Positions 49,461 through 63,480 of a stretch of 64,000 nt of DNA are shown here, piece by piece. Under the pieces are notes generated by a model. It was given only the letters and a program-made list of their open reading frames with translations, was not told the DNA's origin and searched no databases. Each line of letters starts with the position of its first letter. Positions within the stretch are counted from its first letter, which is position 1. This DNA comes from Paraspadella gotoi (taxonomy: Eukaryota > Animalia > Chaetognatha), in the NCBI GenBank assembly GCA_051294375.1, contig CM119263.1:22470833-22534832 (forward strand), read 5' to 3'. The translations under genes were made by a program, and so were the position numbers.

Positions 49461-51887
49461 ACTCACTCACTCACTCACTCACTCACTCACTCACTCACGA
49501 CGTGGCGATCGACCTCGAAAGACGTCCCACGAGAGATGAACGCAGAATGGAGATGGGAATGAAAGGAGCGGACGAAAGGCAGAAAAGGTCAAGGAATGTT
49601 CCTATTTACTGTCCGGGATTTTGGACGATGGGACTGGGTGAGGGGGGATAGTGGTCGTTAGGGGATGGGTAGGGGGGGGAACGGAAGCGAGCTCGAGGTT
49701 GTCAATACGTCTTTCAGAGAACCGTAAACTTTATTTAACCATATCCGGTCTTAAGAAATCTTTTAAAAGTTATTCTTTCGGAAATATGATTTTTTTTTAA
49801 AAAATTGTGTGATTGTTTTCACATCACAGAACCAATAAAGTCAATCTCTCGATGTATCTCCTAACGTAGCAGAGTGACGACGTCATTTTGAGTTGCTCAA
49901 TTTGATTTATCCATTTTCATAGTTTCTTTTTTTCTCCTTTATTTTTGCCTTTTTTCTTTCCTTTTCTCTTTTTTTTTCTTCCGCGCGAATCGATCGATTA
50001 TTAGGTGTTTTCCCCTCGAGCTTTCGCGGGTCGAGACTCAAATCGAGGAAAACGACTCAATTTATGGGGACTCTTGTCAAGCTCCCACTTTTCACTCCGG
50101 GTGTTTAACCGCTTCGTCCTGCCAAGCAGGTTTCATTCCCGGTTGTCTATAAACTTGTCAAGCATACCACTTACTGTTTTACTTCTTTTTTAAATTTGAG
50201 AAATATATATGATGTTCTCATTTCAGAACAATAGTTCCTCGTGTGTTTTAAAGGGTTGTTCGGTGGTTCGTTCTGTTAAAAAAAAAAATTGACTCCTGTA
50301 GAAACGTTTGGCTCCCTCAACCAAAACCGATGGCTCCATTACTGCGTCTTATCCACGTTTAAAGTCCCCATTTGTTTGCAGCGACAAAACAAGTCTTTAA
50401 ATTTTTTGTAAGCGTCTGAAACAGACACTTATCTGCAGAATATAATAAAATTTGATTCATATAAAAATTACATGTGATTGATAATTTATTCCTGTTTCTA
50501 TGCTAATTCATATATTAATCGTCATTTTAGCAATATAATTTCTCTTGATAATAAAATTGGTGAAACAAAACAAACATCACGACGCATCATGTGAATTCAA
50601 CAATAAACGTCGAATTTTTTTTCTCCAGCGATTTACTTTAAAAAAACTCGCCTCTTTTTTCTGTTGGAAAAAAACGTTTTCGCGCCACAGGGCAAATACA
50701 TTGTTTACCCAGGAAATTCCATTGGAAAATTCCGTGGATGACGTTTTCCCGCGAATTCCGTTGCAGACCCGAACATTTCACAAGGAAACCCTCATTACCG
50801 CGTTGGTTCTCAGGGCACCAAATACCCTTTTCCTGCCTATAGAATAAGGAGAACAGATCTCTCTTGTCACAAATATCTCGCGCTCGGTTTTTCACTCACT
50901 TTCTCCTTTCTCTTTTTGTCAATAAGAAATTGGCAACAGATATAAAATTATCCATATCCATTCATTCTAAATAAACTATAATATAATATTAAATATAATA
51001 ATATAATAAAATAAATTAATATATTTAAATTAAGCTATGGTGGTTAAAAGCCACAATACCTTTTCGTTACCCTTTCTTGATTTCTTTAGCGTAAAAACAA
51101 AGATTCAATCTTTTTACCACCGGTCCACATTATCCTCCATGTAGTTATACTCCATCTTCGCAATTAGCTCTCACACCGATTCCTCACAACGCCGGCGTAA
51201 ACACATTTTCTTTTTTCTCCTTAACTCAATTTCGCTTATCTCACTCCCTTTGCCTTCTCTCACGACCTGTATTATGCTTTACTTTTTTCACGTTCCTTGT
51301 TTTTATAAACATCTTGACCCGCTCGACCCATGAACTGACACGCAGCGAAGGAAAAAAAGAAAGAACGAATTTGAAAAAAAGAAGAAATCACTTGAGTTTG
51401 AAAACACGTTAAATCACGCGATCGCAAAAACAAAAGACTAAACTTATTCTATGGACGAAAAGTCACGTATGCGCAGCCGCCAACCGCCCGTACGCCGGCG
51501 CAGCCGCAGCACGCGCCGCAGCCCTCCGCCGCCTTCGTCGTGTTTCTCTATTCAAGATTTTCTTTTCGAGGTCGAAGAAACACAACAAACGAAAGACTCA
51601 TACAACTTTCATTCTTTTTCTTCTCTCTTTTTTTTTCTTCTTTTTTTTTAAATTTTTTTTCTCCAGACCTTAGCGAGAAGTTCGCAGGGTGTGACACTTT
51701 AAGAGCATCGACTAATGATTCAAGTGATTAGGTGATTTTAAAACGCTGTATTCTCTACTTAGATTTTTATTAATTAATGATGGCTTATCTCATAGGGTGG
51801 TCTTCTCTCCCTTCTTTTAATATTTGAAATAAAGGATGTTATGTTTTTTACATAGCTGCAACAAAAGATTAAAACAGGAACGGCAAA
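49323..51887 (+). repeat. Triplicated block, copy A
   Basis: Colinear with 54460-57306 and 59297-61995. Confidence 0.9.
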
Positions 51888-52280
51888 CAAAACAAGTTTG
51901 AGCAAACAATCGGATCTGCTCTACGATAATTAATTATTAATTAATTAATTAATGATTAATTAATTAATTAATTAATTAATTTTAATATGTAAATTATTTT
52001 TAATTATATTTCAACTATCATCATCGATGTCCTTAAAATTGGTTAGGACAGTTATTAAATATGTTTGTTTACATTTTCCAAACAAACAAATATCCTCTAT
52101 TTATTTTATGTCTCCTTCTCTCTCACTCTCACTCACTCCTCTCTCTCTCTCTCTCTCTCTCTTCTTTCTGCAATTGCGACGATCTTTATGCTTTCAGATT
52201 TTTTTAACTTGCATCATTTTTTCACATTCTAATTAATTAATTCATTAATTAATTAAACATTTATTAGTAATCATTATATT

Positions 52281-52743
52281 AAAGATTCAAGAATGTGACT
52301 TATGTTTTCTCATCTAAACTCATTTCCCCTGGCACAATTCCGTCAATACTTCTTTATATATTATATATTAATAAATATTAAAAGCTTCAGTGCAACAACC
52401 CAATGAACTAATTCAAAAGTATATGAAAATCGATTAGTAGTAAAAGGAAAAAAATTTAAAGAGAACTAGAAGTTATAAAAAGTGTTCAATTTTGGGCCCG
52501 CCTTACTAGATTTAGCCTTACTAGATATATTGCATGTATTAAACAATGTTATCGGAAAATAATTTATCAATTTTAATGTATTTTGTAAGTATTTTAAGTA
52601 TTTTATTCAGTGAGTAAATAACACTTTTTTATTCGCTAATTTTATCTCGGACTCTCTTCTTCTTCTATCTTTCTCTCCTCTCTTCTCTCTCTCTCTCTCT
52701 CTCTCTTTGCCAATTGCTATGATCCTTATGCTCATTTTTACTG

Positions 52744-52776
<33 letters not shown>

Positions 52777-54410
52777 TCTTCTTCTCTCTCTCTCTCTCTC
52801 TCTCTCACTTTGCAATTGCGACGATCCTATGCCTTTTAGGATTTTTTTTAACTTGTATCATTTTTCTGCTTCAAGTAAATGTGACTTAGTTTTTTCCATT
52901 TAACTCATTTCCACTGGCACAATCCGTCAAAACTTTATATCTAGTTTTTTCACACACTTTCCTACCCGCTCACAAAATTTTATCTCAATCTATTATGGTT
53001 AAAATAAGTTAAAAAGATTCAAGTAAATGTGACTCATATTTTTCATTAAAATCATTTTCCACTCGTACGTTTCCACCGAAACTTTATATCAAGCATCGAT
53101 ACATTTTTCTACCACACAAAAATTATGAATCTCACTATCCATATCCATCCATCAATTATGATAATTAGAGTACTTATGGTTAAAATAATAAAAAGATTTT
53201 AGTAAATGCGACTTATGTTTTTTTCTACTTAAACTCATTCCACTCACAACGATTCCGTCGAAACTTTATATCCAGCTTTATCACACACTTTCCTACCACA
53301 ACCAAAATTTCATTTCAATCACCACCAAATCACGAGTTATTGGGCTTTTTGCTAAGGTGGGACGGATGGACGATTGATTGACTGATTAATTAATTATTGA
53401 TTAATTAATTTGACTAATTGATTAATTAACTGATTAATTTTATTTACCTTATTAATATCCTGCATATACATTAATATAAAGGAAAAAGAAGCATAATCAA
53501 TTAGTGAAACAGGTTTTTGTTTTTTCCATTTAAACTCATTTCCACTCAAAAGATTCCATCGAAACTTGGTTCCTGTTCAATCACACACTTTTCTACTCAC
53601 ATACAAAATTCCAGGTCAATGCGATAATTAAGTGGGTAATAAGCTATCTTGGTCAACTTGCATAATTTATCAACTTGCATAATTGGTCAATTGACATAAT
53701 TTGTTACTGACATAATTTGGTCTTACTGACATAATTTGGTCAACTGACATCAATTTGGCAACTGTCATAATTTGATCATTAAGAATAATTTGGTCAACCG
53801 GCTAATTTGGTTAATGGCATAATTTATCAACTAGCCTAATTTGGTCAACAGGCATAATTTGGTCAACTTGCAAAACTTGATAACTTGCAGAATTGGTCAA
53901 CTGGCATAATTTGGTCATTAGCATAATTTGGTCAATCAATCATCAATCATCAATAAATCAATCAATCATCAATCAAGCAGAGAGAGAGAGAGAGAAACTT
54001 TAAAAAATTAAATAAATGTGTTTTTGGTTTTTAATTGAACTCTTTTCCACTCACTACGATTCCATCAAAAATTTTATCCAGCTTTATTCACATACTTTCC
54101 TACCCACACACAAAATTCCTTTCGATTTATCTATCCATTTTAATAAACAAAATAATTATGAGTAAATTTAAGTAAAATACTTCAGTAAATAGACTTTTGT
54201 TTTCCATTTAACTCATTTCCCTGCACGATCCATCGAAACTTTATATCCGGCTCACTCACACACTTTCCGACATCAACAAATTTCAAGTTCATTGCACTAT
54301 CCACTCATGAGGCAATTGGCGTCAAATAATGAAATATATTTTTTTGTTTTTTCCATTTAAAACCAATTTCCACTCGCACGATTCCCTCGAAACTTTCATA
54401 TCATCTCATC
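52281..54410. repeat. Array of ~8 diverged ~120-bp units separated by variable spacers
   Basis: The core AGTAAATGTGACTTATGTTTTTCCATTTAAACTCATTTCCACTCGCACGATTCCRTCGAAACTTTATATCCAGCTTTA..CACACACTTTCCTACCCACACAAAATT recurs at ~52281, 52871, 53013, 53191, 53502, 54010, 54182 and 54335. Confidence 0.8.
53647..53935. repeat. 18-bp minisatellite (AACTGGCATAATTTGGTC)n, ~16 degenerate copies
   Basis: Direct inspection. Confidence 0.88.
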
Positions 54411-56246
54411 NNNNNNNNNNNNNNNNNNNNNNNNNGCTTATGATATCATTTTTATCACTGGGTCCCCTTAAGAAATCTTTTAAAAGTTATTTCTTTTGGA
54501 AATATGATTTTTTTTAAATAATTTTTTCATTTACATATTTTGTGAAGCTGATTCTTGTGTGATTGTTTTCACATCAACCAACAAAGTCAATCCTCTCGAT
54601 GTATCTCCCTAACTTAGCAGAGTGACGACGTCATTTTGAGTTGCTCAATTTGATTTTATCCATTTTCATAGTTTCTTTTTTTTCTCTCCTTATTTTTGCC
54701 TTTTTTCTTCCTTTTCTCCTTTTTTTTTCTCCGCGCGAATCGACGATCGAGTTAAGGTGTTTTCCCCTCGAGCTTTCGCGGGTCGAGACTCAATCGAGGA
54801 AAACGACTCAATTTTATGGGGACTCTTGTCAAGCTCCACTTTTCACTCCGGTGTTTAACCGCTTCGCTCCTGCCAAGCCAGGTTTTCTTCTTGGTTGCTG
54901 CTATAATCTTGTCAAGCATAACACTTACTGTTTTACTTCTTTTTAAATTTGAGCAAATATATATGAGGTTCTCTTTCAAACAATAGTTCCTCGGTGTGTT
55001 TTAAAAGGTTGNNNNNNNNNNATCACAGAAACCAACAAAGTCAATCCTCTCGATGTATCTCCCTAACGTAGCAGAGTGACGACGTCATTTTGAGTTGCTC
55101 AATTTGATTTTATCCATTTTCATAGTTTCTTTTTTTTCTCCTTATTTTTGCCTTTTTTCTTCCTTTTCTCCTTTTTTTTTTCTCCGCGCGAATCGACGAT
55201 CGAGTTAAGGTGTTTTCCCCTCGAGCTTTCGCGGGTCGAGACTCAATCGAGGAAAACGACTCAATTTTATGGGGACTCTTGTCAAGCTCCACTTTTCACT
55301 CCGGTGTTTAACCGCTTCGCTCCTGCCAAGCCAGGTTTTCTTCTTGGTTGCTGCTATAAACTTGTCAAGCTTACCACTTACTGTTTTACTTCTTTTTAAA
55401 TTTGAGCAAATATATATGAAGTTCTCTTTCAAACAATAGTTCCTCGGTGTGTTTTAAAGGGTTGTTCGGTTGTTCTGTTTAAAAAAAAAAAGTTGACTCC
55501 TGTAGAAACGTTTGGCTCCCTCAACCAAAACTGATGGCTCCAGTTACTGCGTCTTTCCTACCGTTTAAAGTCCCCATTTGTTTGCAGCGACAAACAAGTC
55601 TTTAATTTTTTTGTGAGCGTCGAAACAGACACTTATCTCAGAATATAATAAAATTTAATTCATATAAAAATTACAATGTGATTGATAATTTATTCCTGTT
55701 CAGAGATCTATGTTATAGTATTATTTTCTGTCATTTTTTAGCATTATAATTTTTTCTTGGTAATAAAATGGTGAACAAAACCAAAAACATCACGACGCAT
55801 CATGTGAATTCAACAATAAACGTCGAATTTTTTATTTCTCCAGGCGATTTACTTAAAAAAAAAACTCGCTTCTTTTTTCTGTTGGAAAAACGTTTTCGCG
55901 CCACAGGGCAAATACATTTGTTTACCCAAGGAAAATTCCATTGGAAAATTCCGTGGATGACGTCTTCCCGCGAATTCCGTTGCAGACGCCGACATTTCCA
56001 CAAGGAAACCCTCATTCACGCGTTGGTTCTCAGGCCACCAAATACCCCTTTCTGCCTATAGAATAGAGAGAACAGATTCTCTGTCACAAATATCTCGCGC
56101 CTCGGTTTTCACTCACTTTCTCTTTCTCTTTTTGTCAATAAGAAATTGGTACAATATAAAATTATCCAATATCCCTTCATTCAATAATATAATATAATAT
56201 AATAATATATCTTCATTCAATAATATAATATAATATAATAATATAT

Positions 56247-56429
56247 CTGGGAGTAAATAAACGGGACTGTGAGAGAGTCTTGATTGAAAGCTTGCAGGGA
56301 CCTGCTATGTAATTATCTTGTAAGAGTGATGGAGGCCTTAAACCACCAGAGCCTGTCCAAAGTCAGGGGCAAGATAGCTTATTTATTAAATGAATGGATA
56401 ATTTTTATATTGGTTGTACCAATTTCATA
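56247..56429 (+). mobile_element. Short interspersed repeat with shared 3' end (retroelement-like), inserted in an (ATAAT)n tract
   Basis: Near-identical to 5292-5454. Absent from the equivalent sites at ~50960-51035 and ~61070-61130 of the other copies. Confidence 0.7.
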
Positions 56430-57927
56430 ATAATAATATAATATAATATAAATTAGCTATGGTGGGTTAAAGCCTACATACCGTTTTCGTTACCCCTTTT
56501 CTTGTTCTTTAGCTAAAATACAAAGATTCAATCTTTTACCACGGTCCACCATTATCCTCCATGTAGTTTATTACTCCATTCTTCCGCGTAGCTCTCACCC
56601 GATTCCTCAATCACCGGCAAACACATTTTCTTTTTTCTTCCTTAACTCAATTTCGCTTATCTCACTCCCTTTGCCTTCTCTCACGATCCGTATGTATGTT
56701 TACTTTTTTCACGTTCCCTTGTTTTTAAAACATCTGACGTCACCATGAACTGACGCAGCGAAGGAAAAAAGAAAGAACGAATTGAAAAAAAAGAGAAACA
56801 CTTGAGTTTGAAGAAACAGACGATCGTAAATCAGCTCGATCGCAGAAAACAAAAGACTATAACTTATTCTTATGACGAAAAGTCACGTATCGCAGCCGCC
56901 AACCGCCGCCTCCGCCGGCGCAGCCGCAGCCGCAGCCGCCGCCTTCGTCGTGTTTTCTATTCAAGATTTTCTTTTCAGGGTCGAGAAACACAACAAACGA
57001 AAGACCTCATACAACTTTTCATTCTTTTTCTCTCTCTCTTTTTTTTTCTTTCTTTTTTTTTAAAGTTTTTTTTTTCTTCTCCAGACCTTAGCGAGACAAG
57101 TTCGCAGGTGTGACACTTTAAGCCATCGACTAATGATATCAAGTGATTAGGTGATTTAAACGCTGTCATTCTCTTAACATTTTTAATTAATTAATGATGG
57201 CTTATCTCATAGGGTGGTCTCTCTCCCTTTCTTTTTAATATTTTGAAAATAAAGGATGTTAGGTTTTTACATAGCTGCAACAAGAAGAATTAAAACAGGA
57301 ACGGCAAAAAAAAAAACTATAAAAAATGGGTTACGAATCTCCCAAGACAATAAATTTAAAAAAAGGTTCTGACAGAATACAATTTTGGTTGTTTATTTTG
57401 AAAAGGTCTAAAGCCAAACAAAGTCTCAGGAGATGAAAGAGATTAAAAACAAGCGACGGTTTTTTTTTTTTTTTGCCCTATTCTTTCTTATGTGCGCTTC
57501 ATTTTTACGTCGTTTGTATTCGAGCAACGATGCCCTTTTGTTTACGCGTCACCTTTGACCGAAGCAGCGCCTCTTTCGAGCTCTGATGTCCCAGTGGATT
57601 CATGGTTTTTTACCCGGTATCTTTGGAAGCTAGATTATCGATGTTTTTTGGTGACCCAAAGAAATAAAAAAAATGATATTTCATAAAAATTTCTTTTGAA
57701 TTGCAAAAATGTAAATAATTATTACCGGCCTAAAATTTCATTCCTTTTTTGAATTCTTTGATTTGATTGATTCATTTAAAAGTCATTGTAATTCCTGCGC
57801 GAATTCCCCTCGATGTTATTACTGAAATGAACTCGCGTTCATTTTTCACTTGATCTCGAATTTTTTTCTTACTTTTACAATTTATTATTTAAAATGATAA
57901 TGTTTGCAAACTTAAATTGTTAATATA

Positions 57928-58544
57928 CTATCTAGGAAAAAAGTTAGAAACATTTTTTTTAAAAGTTCATTTTATTCAATAAAAAATATACAAAACATGG
58001 GTAAAACATTCTCAATATTTGGTATCCCTCCCTCGGCATCGACCACTGCCTGCATTCGTCTGGGCATGCTCCAGAGCGTGCTGACACACCAAAATGTTTT
58101 TGATTTGTTGTATCGCCGTAAAAAAATTGCAATGGTGGAACGAGGGATTCCAAGTCTATTGCTGATGAAATTGTTGCGTCTTTCCCTCTTTTCTCAGAGC
58201 TACAATTGCACCTTTATGAACCAAAGAGAGGGGCTGTCTATTCGGCATAACCAAATTTAAAAAATGAAAAAAATAACTAACTCAATTTGAAATAGAAACA
58301 AATACTCAATACCAAGAATTGTGGAAAACTAAAGGCGATTTTTCGGCCATTTTTCACTTGAGGTAGCAATCTTATTTTGGTCTCTAACTTCTATAACGGT
58401 TGGATCTACGAAAAAATGGAAGGAAGCAAGCTGAAAGGAAATTTTAGTGTAGAATCTGAAACATCCTGATTTTTTAAAAAATCGAGCAAGTTTTCGAGTA
58501 GATATCCTCAATTAAAAATGTTTCTAACTTTTTTCCCTAGATAG
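57928..58544 (-). mobile_element. Internally deleted, non-autonomous Tc1/mariner-family DNA transposon (617 bp, ~29-bp TIRs, TA TSD)
   Basis: Left end CTATCTAGGAAAAAAGTTAGAAACATTTTT; the right end reverse-complements to CTATCTAGGGAAAAAAGTTAGAAACATTTTT. TA flanks both ends. The empty site AATATATATT is at 62591-62600 in the duplicate block. Confidence 0.9.
58012..58248 (-). pseudogene. Tc1-like transposase remnant: N-terminal HTH joined to C-terminal tail, DDE core absent
   Basis: MPNRQPLSLVHKGAIVALRKEGKTQQ[+1]FISNRLGIPRSTIAIFLRRYNKSKTF...LWSMPRRMQAVVDAEGG[-1]TKY*. SMPRRxxAVxxAxGGxTKY is the characteristic Tc1 C-terminus. Confidence 0.85.
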
Positions 58545-59296
58545 TATATTATTTATCTCAACTGTCTTTCTTTCAATATCCCTCACTTTTTAGTACTTAT
58601 TCTTAACCTGTCTTTAACCTCCCACTGTCTTTTTCTTATTTTTTTTTGAAACCTCTATCTTCTCCCTCTTTCACGTTTCACACACGCAAACCTTATACTT
58701 TGTCAAAAATTTTCACAAATGATTTATTAATTTTTTCGCTAATTGAAGACTTACATTAAAGTTAAAATTTTCCTTTTTAAAATAAAATTTGTTGCATAAA
58801 CAAAACAAGGTCGGTACATCCAAATGTTTTGCGCCAAGTGACTTTTCTTTTCATGTGTATTTCCATATGATCACATGATTAGAAAATTTTTTTTAAAAAA
58901 GTTTTATGGTTGATCACTACTGTGCAAAGTTTCATTACAAACAAAAAGACATTACAAGAAATATACTGAGTTCGGGGTTCCAGCCTACACTATATAAATA
59001 AAAAAACAAGACTGACGAAAATACAAATTCGTTTATGTGTTTCTCCGATACGTCCGAGTGACACTGGCACTAAACTGGGTTTAAAATCAGACCTTGTTCT
59101 GACCTGACCTGACCCTTTATGACCCGAGTTAATCCAACTGACCCTTTCCTCCCCCAAATAATTCTCGACCAACAAATTTTGTGGCGCAGATCTAAGATCA
59201 GAGCTTCGGATTTCATCACGGAACGGAAAAGCCCTGATATTTAGTACAAAAACTCTCTTTCTCTCTCTCTCTCTCTCTTTCTCTCTAAAAGAGAGA

Positions 59297-62200
59297 GATC
59301 TCATACACTACTGCTCGTGGCTTGTAATAAATTAAAGGGTGCAAAATTTGTGACACTCGTGCAGAGAAAACAAAAGCGCGAAAAGATGTTTCCGAAAAAA
59401 AAAAATCGCGCGGTAGATGTGCAGAACTACCGGGTTTGGTAACTCACTTCACTCAACATCATCACGTCACTCACTCACGATCACTCACCTCACTCACTCA
59501 CTCACATCACTCACGTGATCGTAACGTGGCGTCGACCTCGAACGTCCAGAGATGAAACGCGCGAACTCGAGATGGGAATGAAAAGGAGCGAGCGAAAGGG
59601 CAGAAAAGGTCAAGGATGTTCTAATTCCGGGATTTTGACGAGGGACGGGGTGGAGGGGGGGGGGGGTTGTGGACGTTAGGGATGGGTGGGGGGGAAACGT
59701 AAAGCAGCGAGGGTTGTCATACGTCTTACAGAGACCGTAAACTATACTATATCCGGTCTTAGAGAAATCTTTTTAAAAAGTTATTTTTTTGGAAATATGA
59801 TTTTTTTTTTAAATTTTTTTCATTTAACATATTTTGTGAGACTGATTCTTGTGTGACGTCTGGTTTTCAAACATCAACGCAACAAAGTCAATCCTCTCGA
59901 TGTATCCTTCACCATAACTTAGGCAGAGTGACGACGTCATTTTCGAGTTGCTCAAATTTGATTTTATCCATTTTATAGTTTCTTTTTTTCTCTCCTTAAA
60001 TTTTTGCCCTTTTTTCTCTTCCTTTTACTCCTTTTTTTTTTCTCCGCGCGAATCGACGATCGAGTTAAGGTGTTTTCGCCTCGAGCTTTCGCGGGTCGTA
60101 CGACACCTCAATCGAGGAAAACGACTCAATTTTATGGGGTACTCCTTGTCAAAGTCTCCACTTTTTGCACTCCGGTGTTTAAACGCGCTTGCTCCTGCCA
60201 AGCCAGGGTTTTCTTCTTGTTGCTGCTATATCTTGTCAAGCATAACTCTTACTGTTTTTACCTTCTTTTTAAATTTGAGCAAAAATATATATAGGTTCTC
60301 TTTCAAAAAATACGTTTCCTCGGTGTGGTTTTAAAAAAGGTTTGTTCGGCTTTGTTCCGTTTAAAAAAAAAAAGTTGACCGTCCTGTAGAAACGTTTGGC
60401 TCCCTCACCAAAACTGATGGCTCCAGTTACTCTGCGCTCTTTCCCAACCGTTTAAAAGTCCATTGTTTTGCAAGCGACAAACAAGTCTTAATTTTTTTGT
60501 AGCGTCGAAACAGACACTTACTCAGAATAATAATAAAAATTTGATTTCATATAAAAATTACAATTGATTGATAAATTTATTCCTGTTCAGAGATCTATGT
60601 TATAGGTATTATTTTCTGTCATTTTTTAGCATTATAATTTTTTCTTGGTAAATAAAATGGTGAACAAAACCAAAAACATCAACGACGCATCAAAGTGAAT
60701 CAACAATAAACGTCGAATTTTTTATTTCTCCAGGCGATTACTTTAAAAAAAACTCGCCTTCTTTTTTCTGTTGGAAAAACGTTTTTCGCGCCAACAGGGC
60801 AAAAATACATTTGTTTTACCAAGGAAAATTCCATTGAAAATTCCGTGGATGGACGTCTTCCCAGCGATTTCCGTTGCAAGACGCTGCGACATTTCAAAGG
60901 AAACCTCATTCAACGCAGTTGGTCCTCAGGCCAAACAAATACCCCTTTTCGCCTATAGAATAGAGAGAAGCAGATTCTCTGTCACAAATATCTCGCGCTC
61001 CGGTTTTCACTCACTTTCCTCTTCTCTTTTGTCAATAAGAAATTGGTAACAATATAAAATTATCATATCCCTTCATTCAATAAATAACATATAATAATAT
61101 AAATAATAATATACTATAATTATAAATAGCTATGGTGGGTTAAAGCCTACATACCGTTTTCGTTCCCGCTTTTCATGTTCTTTAGCTAAATACAAAGATT
61201 TCAATTCTTTTACCGACGGTCACCATTATCCTCATGTAGTTTATTACTCCATTCTTCCCGCATAAAAGCTCTCACCCGATTCTCAACGCCGGGCAAACCA
61301 CATTTTCCTTTTTCTTCCTTAACTCAATTTCGCTTATCTCATCCCTTTGCGCTTCTGTCACGTCCGCTATTATGTTATTACTTTTTCACGTTCCCTTGTT
61401 TTTAAAACATCTGACGTAACCATGAACTGAACGCAGCGAAGGCAAAAAGAAAGAACGAATTGAAAAAAAAAAAGAAAACAACTTGAGTTTTGAGAAACAG
61501 ACGATCGTTAAATAGCTCGAATTCGCAGAACAAAGACTATAACTTATTTCTTATGACGAAAAGTCACGTATCGCAGCCGCCAACCGCCGCCTCCGCCGCG
61601 CAGCCGCACCGCAGCCGGCCGCCTTCGTCGTGTTTTCTATTCAAGATTTTTCTTTTCAGGGTCGAGAAACACAACAAACGAAAGACCTCATACAACTTTT
61701 CATTCTTTTTTCTCTCTCTTTTTTTTTCTTTCTTTTTTTTAAGCTTTTCTTTTTTCTCTCCAGACCGTTAAGGCGAGACAAGTTCGCAAGGTGTGACACT
61801 TTAAGCCATCGAACTAATGAATATCAAGTGATTAGGTAATTTAAAGCTGTCATTCTCTTAACATTTTTAATTAATTAATGATGGCTTATCTCATAGGGTG
61901 GTCTCTATCTTTCTTTTTTAATATTTTGCAAAAGTAAAGATGTTAGGTTTTTAACATAGCTGCAACAAGAAAGAAATTAAAAAACAGGAACGGCTAAAAA
62001 AAAAAAAAAACTATAAAAAATGGGTTACGAATCTCCCAAGACTAATTTAAAAAAGGTCTGACAGAATACAATTTTGTTGTTTATTTTGAAAAGGTCTAAA
62101 GCCAAACAAACTCTCAGGAGATGAAGAGATTAAAAACAAGCGAACGGGTTTTTTTTGCCCTTATTCTTTCTTATGTGCGCTTCATTTTTACGTTCGTTTG

Positions 62201-63406
62201 TATCGAGCAAGCGATGCCATTTTGTTACCGCGTCACCTTGACCGAAGCAAGGCGCCTCTTTCGAAGCTCTGATGTCCCATGTGGATTCATGTTTTTTACC
62301 CGGTATCTTTGAAGCTAGATTATCGATTGTTTTTGAAAATGATATTTCAAAAATTTCTCTTGAATTGCAAAAAATGTAAATATTATTAGCCGGCCTAAAT
62401 TTCATTCCTTTTTTTGAATCTTGATTTGAATTTGAATTCATTTAAAAAGTCATTGTAATTCCTGCGCGAATTCCCTCGATGTTATTACTGAATGAACTCG
62501 CGAGTTCATTTTCACTTGAATCTCAAATTTTTTTCTTATTTTTACAATTTATTATTTAAAAAATGATAATGTTTGCAAACTTAAATTGTTAATATATATT
62601 AACTTATCTCAACTATCTTTCTTTAATATCCCTCCACTTTTTTAGTACTTATTCTTAACCTGTCCTTTAACCTCTCGCACTGTCTTTTTCTTATTTTTTT
62701 TGAAACCGTCTATCTCTCTCCCTCTTTTTACGTTTCACCACACGTAAACTTATACTTTTGTCAAAAATTTTCCCAAAATGATTTATTAATTTCTTTTGCG
62801 CTAATGAAGACTTACATCTAAAGTTTAAAAATTTTTTCCCTTTTTAAAATAAAATTGTTTGCATAAAACAAAAACAAGGTCGGTAAACAATTCCAATGTT
62901 TTGCGCCACAGTCGACTTTTTCCTTTTCATGTGTATTTCGCATATGATCTACATGATTAGAGCAATTTTTAAAAAAAGTTTTTTTATGGTTGATCACTAC
63001 TGGTGCAAAGTTTCATTACAAACCAAAAAGACATTCAAGAAATATACTGAGTTCGCGGGTTCCAGCCTACACTATATAATAAAAAAAAAGACTGACGAAA
63101 ATACAAATTCGTTTATGTGTTTCTCCGATACGTCCGAGTGACACTGGCACTAAACTGGGTTTAAAATCCAGACGCTTGTCTGAACCTGACCTGACCCTTT
63201 AAATGACCCGAGTTAATCCAACTGACGCCTTTTCGCTGCGCCCCCAAACTAATTCCTCGACCAACAAATTTTTGTGGCGCAGATCTAAAGATCAGCAAGC
63301 TTCGATTTCATCACGGAACGGAAAAGGCCCTGATTATTTAAGTACAAAAACTCTCTTTCCTCTCTCTCGTCTCTCTCTTTCCCCCCTCTCTCTCTCTCCT
63401 CTCTCT

Positions 63407-63445
<39 letters not shown>

Positions 63446-63480
63446 GTCTCTCTCTCTCCCTCCCTGATTCCAGAAACGAC
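59297..63480 (+). repeat. Triplicated block, copy C (indel-rich)
   Basis: Colinear with copies A and B, and ends just before a 25-N gap. Confidence 0.9.

Larger units (their letters stand above)
54460..59290 (+). repeat. Triplicated block, copy B (internal ~440-bp duplication across a 10-N gap at 55012-55021, plus two insertions)
   Basis: Colinear with copies A and C. ~54570-55011 is repeated at ~55022-55463. Confidence 0.9.

Noticed and set aside
62591-62600. TA-TA-TA as a Tc1 excision footprint
   Set aside because: The sequence equals the simple pre-insertion target if the element begins at C57928, so no footprint is needed.
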